A stretch of 32,000 nucleotides of DNA from the NCBI RefSeq assembly GCF_000195855.1, contig NC_002677.1, positions 390,001 through 422,000 on the forward strand, in the 5' to 3' direction. Position 1 is the first letter of the stretch. The number at the start of each line of letters is the position of its first letter. A program made the position numbers and the translations under genes. The notes under the pieces were generated by a model that saw only the letters and a program-made list of their open reading frames with translations, was not told where the DNA came from and did not search any database. The DNA comes from Mycobacterium leprae TN. GTDB lineage: Bacteria > Actinomycetota > Actinomycetes > Mycobacteriales > Mycobacteriaceae. Below, in pieces: positions 24,600-32,000 of this stretch.

Positions 24600-25200
24600 A
24601 GTACAACCGGTTAGTCATTGCGCGCCTGCACTAAAGCGCTTGAACTTGGGGTCACCACGTTCGAGTTCGGAATCAACATCACCAAAGATGGTTAACCATT
24701 TGGTGTGGCATGATTTTATAGTTGACTCGCAACAATGCTCTACACCCGCGTTAGTTGGTTAACTACCGATATCCGTACGTCGGACAACTCGTGCACGCGC
24801 TCAACTTGGCCAGCTTCGCACGCTGGACCGCGGCAAGCCGAGAAGAGGAATTCCCGGGGCTGAAGTGTTGCGGGGCAACAAGATAGTTGTCTTACCGGAA
24901 GTTTTCGCGCTCACCGATTACTATCTGGCCGATGTACGGTTCAACATCGAGACCAAGGTAGCGGCCGATCGGCCAGCTGTATCCGTCTTTTCTCAAGAGT
25001 TCGTTGATGTGGTGCTCGCCGTGGTCAGATCCGTCGGCAAGGTCGACCGGGTGGCTTCGCCTGGCGAACGCCCTGCCGATGGTGCGTCAGGCTTAGCCGT
25101 CTATACCGTTGGTGGCCTTATGGGATGAGCGGATCTTAGTAGCCAGCTACCCAGGTCGCTGAGACGTTGGCGGCTACCGCGCGAGTGAACGTTTCCGCAC
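24600..25200 (+). pseudogene. Glycerophosphodiester phosphodiesterase (GDPD family) fragment
   Basis: ALELGVTTFEFGINITKDG then a stop, with HLVWHD in the next frame (GDPD pattern A..G.d.iE.Dv..TkDg..V..HD). Further on: VLPEVFALTDYYLADVRFNIETK (24865-25128 ORF). Truncated near the palindrome. Confidence 0.6.
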
Positions 25201-25214
25201 CAGGGTGAGTTTGG

Positions 25215-25269
25215 TCGGAAAGTCTTTGCGGTCAGGCGGGAATCCCGCCTGACCGCAAAGACTTTCCGA
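25215..25269. repeat. Perfect long palindrome / hairpin (26-bp stem, 3-nt loop)
   Basis: tcggaaagtctttgcggtcaggcggg (25215-25240), loop aat, cccgcctgaccgcaaagactttccga (25244-25269). Every stem position is complementary. Confidence 0.97.
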
Positions 25270-25720
25270 GATCCTCTAAACCAGCTGTGTGACAGGTACA
25301 GGGCTTGGTCTATCAGAGTGTGTCTGTGCGAGGTTTGCATAAGTCAGATACACCACGACCTGGGTGTTCTCGATGCTTCCGCCGGTTCCGGTAGACTAAT
25401 GTTACTCTCTCAACAGAGTGTAACATTCTTGATGTTGCCTGTTTCGTCAACTATCAGAATTGCGCCGGAGTCACCGAAGGCATTGACGATTTTAGTCGCG
25501 CCGATCATCTTGAACTGTCCCAGTGTCCCATTTCGCCTGAGCCAGGCCGATGCTGCAAACCATCCGATAGCAATTTTTGCGATCCAGACCCTACACCATC
25601 CCAAGCATCAACTCACTGGCGTGGCGCAGTGATTTGTAGTGAGCGAACCACGGCGCGATCCGATCGAGAACTCCGTTAACCATCGATCTAGAGTCTACGC
25701 TGTGAACAGCGGCAGATTCA
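25270..25720 (-). mobile_element. IS701-like DDE transposase remnant (N-terminal third only, frameshifted)
   Basis: Minus-strand motifs appear in the canonical order: VLDRIAPWFA...RHASELMLG, GDSGAILIVDETGNIK, TGTGGSIENTQVVVYLTYA, LIDQALYLSHSW. They compare with ...RIAPRF..., VVDETG..KKG, YTGTAGRIENAQV.VYL.Y, LIDRELYLP.SW. The remnant ends at the palindrome. No terminal inverted repeats identified. Confidence 0.6.
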
Positions 25721-26359
25721 GATGTGCGCACAAACCTAGAACAATGACCTCGGTCACCGTTCCTACCAGTGGCTGGTACGACAGAGCGCTACCATCCCGA
25801 ACTACGGCCGCAATGCAGGGGGGCAAATATATCTCTTTCAGATCAGGGTACGTGCATCCTAGTTCGACGATTTCTCCGGTTAGGCGAGTTCGTGTAGTAT
25901 TGCTCTCAAATCCCGCGCTCGATATAAAAGATGCTTAAATATGTTGCGTGTGAACCGAATCTTGGCCATGCCATCCAAATTGTCGGTCAAAAACAACAGG
26001 TCGGCGACTGCCGCGTTCTGGAATGTTCCGGTCGAGGTCATACTCAGTTTGCCTGCGTCGATGGCGTGATCTCTGTCGTTTCAGCCGTCCACGTTGACCG
26101 TAGCCGCGACGTCGCCCACATGTATCGACGCACCAATGCTTCAATGCCTCGAACAGGTCTAAGTGCTGGCTGAAGAACTTGTGTAAGCCGAGTTTTACGA
26201 CGACATCGACACGGGAATCGTCCTGGATCGGGTCGGGGGCGGGGCCCGTTAGCACGACTTTGAGCTGGTCAGGTGTGGTGATTTATACCGTGATGCTGTC
26301 GATGGCGAAGACATCGTCCGAGCTGCCAAGGTTTTTTTGCCGTCAACGAGGTCATGTGT

Positions 26360-27800
26360 GGCTCATATCAGATTCGGGACAGTGCGCAGAAGACAGTGTC
26401 GGCATACAGAGGATTGCACCTGTGTCCAACCTCCAAAATTAGTAGCGCCATATGGTATGTACCGGTTTACCGATACATCCTCAGGGACCAGCGACCTCAG
26501 CAGCAGGGGCACCACGGCATCCGGTCGCTGCAGGAGGCCTGCCTCGCCATCCAGGCTAGGGTATCTCATTTGGCGTTTTCGGCTTGATTGTGGGGAAACA
26601 TAGCCAATGCATTGGACTCATACATACGGCTATCGATTGATACGGGTACACCAAATCCTCCATGGATTGGCTCCAGTATGCCTGCCAACCCTGATCCGTG
26701 ATCACGGTGTCACCTTGCTAAATAATAGATAATACAGCTTATTTCATACAGAGGTGTCGGTCCCCAGTTTCTGCAGGGGGCCAACATAACCTGACTGGTC
26801 TCCGGCATGAGCCAATATCACTGGGTAGTTATACATAATCTGCGACGTTACAAAACCTTTCAGATTCCGATGTAGCTCGACACAGCAGCGGCATCGTCTG
26901 CCACATAAATACCTGTAGCCTCATCCAAATTCGCCTGCACGATGTCCAACAATGCATTAACCTTTGTATAGCTGCCTACACTATCCCGGCATGAGCGCCT
27001 TGGCAAGGCGCAACAGCCTCCCCGGATGGAAAAGGTCAATATCGCCAACGCTGACTGCCTAGCAGCCACAAAATTATGTGCTGTATCAACCCTACCTTTA
27101 CTGCAAACACCGATTGCGACGTCACCAACTGCGGAATATGGGCATCCGCCAAAAACTCATTATGCTCTTCTCGTTTTCGATATTCTAGTTGTTAACTATC
27201 GGGTCAATCACACTGATCTACGCCTGTTACCGCACTGTAACAACCATATCCGGTGACCACATAGCCGGCATGATCGACACCCGCGGACTGCCACCGAAAA
27301 ATAACTACTTCAGACCGTCAGTCCAAAAGGGCACCCAACCTACTCGTTATCAGCGCGGTCCCAGCCAATCCCAACGTGCCGCCACACCGATCACAAACCA
27401 CCACAGACTCCGACACACTCAATATGGAGCCGACACCAAGTTTGCCCCTATGGCGCCACCGCAGACGACTCATCGACACCATAGCTACCTAAGAAGCGTG
27501 CGGTATGAGACGACGCGTCTGGTGTCTCTACACCGACTTTGATAGCCTTCATCCCCATCCTCGACTGGTAGTCGAGGATGGCTACTCGCCAATGCTGATC
27601 GGCAACGAAGTCGACAAAGCAATCGTCATCCCAATAACTTAGTTTTGCCAACAAAATGGCGTAGTGACCGCGCGGAACGGTAGAGGACAAGAGGATTCCG
27701 ACGAGCGCGAGGGCGCTTGTCTCTAACACGATTACTAACGGTAGGATGGGCGCGGTTATGATCACGTATGCGCCGATTGGAAACAGCAATTCGAACAATA
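26360..27800 (-). pseudogene. Eroded gene(s) with ThiF/MoeB/E1-like motif traces (tentative)
   Basis: On the minus strand there is a Rossmann-like run, SVVVCDRCGGTLGLAGTALITSRLGALLD (27331-27414). Next comes [17 protein letters not shown] (about 26770-26830). Last is DAVV...SVNRYIPYGATNFGGWTQVQSSVCRHCLL (26387-26520), which resembles D.V.D...P.I.GA..G..G.V.....C..CL of E1-like adenylyltransferases. Many stops and frameshifts. This is pattern recognition only. Confidence 0.25.
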
Positions 27801-30800
27801 TCGCAGGTGGCTAGGCAATAGCACACCTAGGGCGGTCGCCGATTGTCGACGCGGGGGCAAGAACGTTGGTTGCGTTACCGGAGTTTTTGCACCGTGGTGG
27901 TGCCGGTGTAGCCCGTGGTTTCGATGCCGTTACCGAACCCAATGCTGTCAAACGCTCATTGTGGTCGTTGTCTGAATCCACATCCGCACATAATCGGACT
28001 CATTTACGGCGATCGGGATCGCTTAATAACAAAGAAATTCGCCCCTAACGGCATTGCATGAGCGGCTCGTTGGGCCTTAAGCCGGCATTTCGGCGAGCGT
28101 AGCTTAATACGCTCCAGTTGCTGCTTCAAGTTGGGTAGCAACTTGCGTGCAGTTGGCGCTAATCTTTGTCGCACAGGCCAGATGCGGGTCATGTGCGGCC
28201 ACATAGCTCACGGCGTGAGGCTCCTCCCACGCACCAGCTGACAACTCAACCAACATCTCAACCAAGATCGCAGTGTTGGGAGTTCTCTTGTTGCCCAAGA
28301 ATATTCGTCACTTAGCGAGGTCCATACCGCCGCCAACAAAGAACCAGTACCCTGACCTGCACTGAGCAATGTCTAAATGTACCTACGGTGGCACGGCCAA
28401 CCAACTCGGAACCGGTACGGATTTCGTAAACCGGTTAACTGTCAAATCAACGACTACGCGGCCGGCCGCATCACCGGCGGCATGACTAGCAGAAGACTGC
28501 GCCACACCGACTCCAGAATAGCCCAACTGTTCGACCCCTTGAGTCGCCACCACGGCATGTTCATGTTAGCTACTCGAAGCACTTAACTCAACCGTGGTAC
28601 GCACTGACATCGGGTTCGCCGCCGGCGGCACCGCCGCCGTAATTATCGGCACCGCAGCAGCTAAACCCTCCGGAATCACCCGCAGTATAAATAACAACCC
28701 TACTCTTCTGTGCACCCATCGTACTGACCAAAGGAATTCATTTAGAACTTGATGTAACTGAAGTGACCACCCCGCAGGTATTTACTTGCGTATCCATATC
28801 CAGTTGAGGTTGCGGCGGATCGCGTCGAGATACATTAGGTCGGATGTCGCCATCAGTCACGATCAAACCGTTACCTCCTCACAGTGTTGTTGGCAGCAAC
28901 GGTAGGGTGACACCCAGACGACCAATATCGGGCACATGGGGGATTTATATACGGACCGAACTGCGTACAACACGCTGTTGCGTACGCGGTAGCCACGACC
29001 AGATTTGACATTATTCACACACAGTACTATTCGATAGCACTTTGCACTTAACACAGCCCGGATTGGTGCGGATTAACAATGTTAGACATAGATTTCGGTG
29101 AAGTGTGGGATTTTCTCAATTAGCACGGCCAACCCTTGCATTTGAGCTTTCTGCGGAACTGGGTCCCACAGCGGATAATTGCATTTTCGACGGAACCGGC
29201 CAGAGTATAGCCATTACGGCCGACAACAATCACGTTGACAACCATGATGAAATCGCCATAAAGCCGGCCTGATTTCCTACTGGCGGACATCGGTACCGCA
29301 CACGAAAAGGTGGGATGAATTAGCCATGTTGCTTGTATAGCGTCACCTACCGTTGGATTATCCTTTGTCAGATTCAAGGCCGCGTCCAAAACGTGGTATT
29401 CACCCAAAAGGGCTTTGACTCCAGGACCATTTTACCTACATTACGGCGTGTGACTTTCAGGAGCGCAGGATTGTCCTCTTAATCGGGTCTTCCTCGCCGA
29501 CTTTGGTTTCGTCAGTTATGTCGACCAGCTACTAGTCAAGAGAGATTGTGACCGTAGCCGTTGTACCGAGTACACTGGTAATCTGACTGTCGTGAAGACT
29601 ATTGCGTCGGTGTTCACGATAGCGTGATTCATCGTCGCTGTCCGATGAACCCTCGCAACTGAGGCTACTACGTAGTTTTTTGTAATTTTTCCGGTTTGGG
29701 TTTGGGTGACAATCGTACGCTTTCGTTTTTGTGCACAATTTAGCTATCTTGTCAACGGCTGCGAGGTCCACCGTGCGGCATGTGGGAGTCTGCTCGTCTA
29801 TCGGTCGTTGTCCTGATAGCACTGTGTTTTAGTTGGTTCTAATTGTGCGGTTGTTGGGCTTTGAACTGCTTGGCCGCGTCCGCAATGCTTGGGAAAACGG
29901 GTTCTTGTGGGTCGCTTTGGTGACGGGGTTCTGGACGTGGCTGCCACCCTCCCCAGTTCTGCTAGTACTCACTATCATTTTGGCATTGGGAGCCGGGCTT
30001 TATCGTCGAGTGGATTCTCTTGGTGGTGGCTGGGGGCCCAGATTGTGTTGAGCATACGCTACCCGCTGACGTCGTTATCCGAAATAAACCAACCTGGTTT
30101 GAAATGATCGATGGACAGGTCCGCCCGAAGGGCCAAGGCGGTAATCGTCTCAACCGAACTGCAGGACGGTACCAGTCTTCAAAGCGCACGGTCCTAGTAA
30201 GAATCAGGCCATGGCGTGGCTGGTCTTTCGATCGCAGCCAACGATCAAGTTCGGGATCCGTAATCCGATGACGCATTCGTTGATATACTGTCCGATTGGT
30301 CCTACACGATGTTATCATTGGAGATAATATTTGTTCCGTCAACATTCCCGATGGCAAAATGGATTGTTGCACAACAAAACCGAGATGCATAGGATGGTTT
30401 ACCGATAAATTTGTATATTTGATTCTGTGTATTCGGTTCGATCGTGATTCGCTGTCCCCAAACCATTTAGTTTGTTGAGCGGTGTGCATGTCGAATCTCT
30501 TCATCAGCATCCGTTTCGAATTCTCGCTAGTTTGCTGATGTGTCAGCCAGAGCAGTCGATTGCGGCTTCGACGGCTGTGTAGATTGCGCGCATTGTGCGT
30601 TTCGGCGAGGTGGCCGGCCAAGCCGAGTGACCAATACCGCGACCGAGACACTCTCGACTGAGTCCAAATTCACCGCGGAACGGCGCTGGATCAGGTCGGA
30701 ACCGGGTCAAGAACTACCTCGTTAGCCAACCCTCGGATGATCTATGGTGTAAGGTGCGACGAGTGCGCGCCGAATTCGGGGGATCGCCGCATCGCATGAG

Positions 30801-31019
30801 AACACAACGACTTGAGATGGCCAATCTCGGCCATCTCACACCACCACACTTCTCCATGTGCTGGAAGCGCGTTAACGAGTCTGCAGCCGTCCGTCGCCAC
30901 GGTGCCCAGTTGCCCCATTCGTCAGGCTCATTGACTGGGTGCTTGTTGTAGGCCGCGTCGCTCGCATCCACCTCGGTCGATCGATAACGAGTAAAGTAAT
31001 GCTCCAAGAGCCTTATTGA

Positions 31020-32000
31020 TCAGAGTTGTGTCTGCTCATCCTAGCCTGCCCCCTTCCATTGGTCGACCAGCCCGGCGGCGATGTCCGGCAGCTGCCGTGC
31101 GCGGTATAGCCCCTGCCAGGGCCGGCAGGGGCACGGTACACATACACAGTCCGATACGGGTGTACTCGCCGTCGGCTGGCCTGGATATTCTGCTGAGGCG
31201 CGGCGTGCTGAGCCCCAGCAGAATATCCAGTGAACCAACATAGGTCAGGTTGGGGGCCCGACTGGTGACCTCGATCAGCCCATCACCAGGATGGCGTAGG
31301 TCCGCTGGCCGCGACTAGCGGCAGCAACCTAACCAGCGTCGCGGGCAGATTGTCGACGGCGTTGGCCAACACAGCGGTCACCGCGGCGATCGGGAACAAT
31401 GCCGGCAGTCCGCAACCGGGACGGCAGCAGTGCGGACATGGCGCTGTTCATTCCGTTGATAATGACTGCTTACACCGCGATGCCCAAGCGCCAGCACGAA
31501 CAACAGGAACGACAGATCCATCGAACGCACGATCTCGGCCGCCGACATGTGTCGACGGTTGAAACTGCGAAGCGCCAACACCGAAGCGCCGGCCAGTATA
31601 CCAGTGTAACCAGGCCGAGACCTCCATAGATTCCGAGGACCACGAACCCGGCACGCATAAGCGGCCGCCGCCAAGACAAACTACCGGTGGCCACGGCTCG
31701 AGCCTGACTTGCTTAGAGTTGGGCGGCACACGCAGATCATTGGCGAAAACCAGCGAAATACCAGGCACACTGCGGCTACCGCGGTAAGCCACAGCACCGC
31801 TATCAGCGGGGTGAATTTGGTTGATGAAGTATTAGCGAGGTAGAAAGCCAACAAGTTGGTCAGATTCGACACCGGAAGAAGCGGCGAGGCGGCATTGGCC
31901 AGATGGACGGTGGTGTAGGCGTATGGTTGCGTCGGGGTTCGTAGTCGGCGCACGGTCGCTAACACCAGTGGGGTCAATAAGATTACCGTGGTGTCCAGGC
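31020..32000 (-). pseudogene. arsB: ArsB/NhaD-type arsenical pump membrane protein remnant (continues past the window end)
   Basis: The permease signature ASPLLPVSNLTNLLA (31681-31977 ORF) and further TM-like fragments lie in other frames (AGFVVLGIYGGLGLVTLVY, VDLSFLLFVLALG, NLTYVGSLDILL). The position next to the SpoU-type gene echoes the M. tuberculosis arsB2/Rv3579c adjacency. Confidence 0.6.

Noticed and set aside
27555-27581. An 11-bp-stem hairpin (ccatcctcgac tggta gtcgaggatgg) inside the island
   Set aside because: It is real as sequence, but short. It has no T-tract or other context and could arise by chance in 32 kb. Noted only as a possible minor structure.
28240-28350. Patatin-like phospholipase reading (FFVGGGMDLAK ... 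ELSAGAW resembling GGG.RG and G.SAGA)
   Set aside because: The same residues fit a subtilase Ser motif at least as well. The glycine-rich loop lacks the third Gly/Arg, and there is not enough downstream sequence for a patatin domain. Too ambiguous to call.
27866-28700. Possible PE/PPE-type glycine-rich repeats (SIGFGNGIETTGYTGTTT; GGFSCCGADNYGGGAAGG)
   Set aside because: There are only two short glycine-rich patches and no PE or PPE N-terminal domain nearby. This cannot be distinguished from chance in degraded sequence.
30714-31007. A 97-aa minus ORF ([19 protein letters not shown]...[10 protein letters not shown]) faintly reminiscent of DUF4913-type proteins of actinobacterial conjugative elements
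   Set aside because: The characteristic WW.H.EA..RL.ALW.AWE motif is not actually present. The similarity is limited to scattered Trp/Arg residues.

Overview
This window reads as Mycobacterium leprae chromosome. It carries groEL2 (the 65-kDa antigen gene) with twin CIRCE operators. It also carries one RLEP repeat that matches the standard RLEP PCR/qPCR primer and probe sequences exactly.

About 13 apparently intact genes sit among at least 10 decayed genes, the reductive-evolution pattern expected for this organism. Two housekeeping blocks are recognisable:
- Block (i): AAA-ATPase (pseudo), pssA, psd, moeA (pseudo), SDR (pseudo), lipU, SDR, TetR, groEL2. This matches my recollection of the M. 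tuberculosis Rv0435c-Rv0440 neighbourhood.
- Block (ii): radA (pseudo), lpqE, then divergent carD-ispD-ispF-cysS-SpoU-type methyltransferase. This matches the Rv3585-Rv3579c neighbourhood, inverted.

The two blocks are joined exactly at the RLEP copy, which also cuts off the 3' end of radA.

From about 24.6 to 31.0 kb there is a visibly AT-richer, ORF-poor tract between the methyltransferase and an arsB-like remnant. It contains a glpQ-like fragment, an IS701-like transposase fragment and a perfect 26-bp-stem palindrome. It also holds eroded same-strand ORFs with only motif-level hints (ThiF/E1-like, serine-protease-like).

I found no rRNA, tRNA or CRISPR array. I do not see an intact novel multi-gene system; the eroded island is the best candidate for something undescribed, and every functional guess inside it needs a database search. 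Pseudogene boundaries are approximate (tens of bp).
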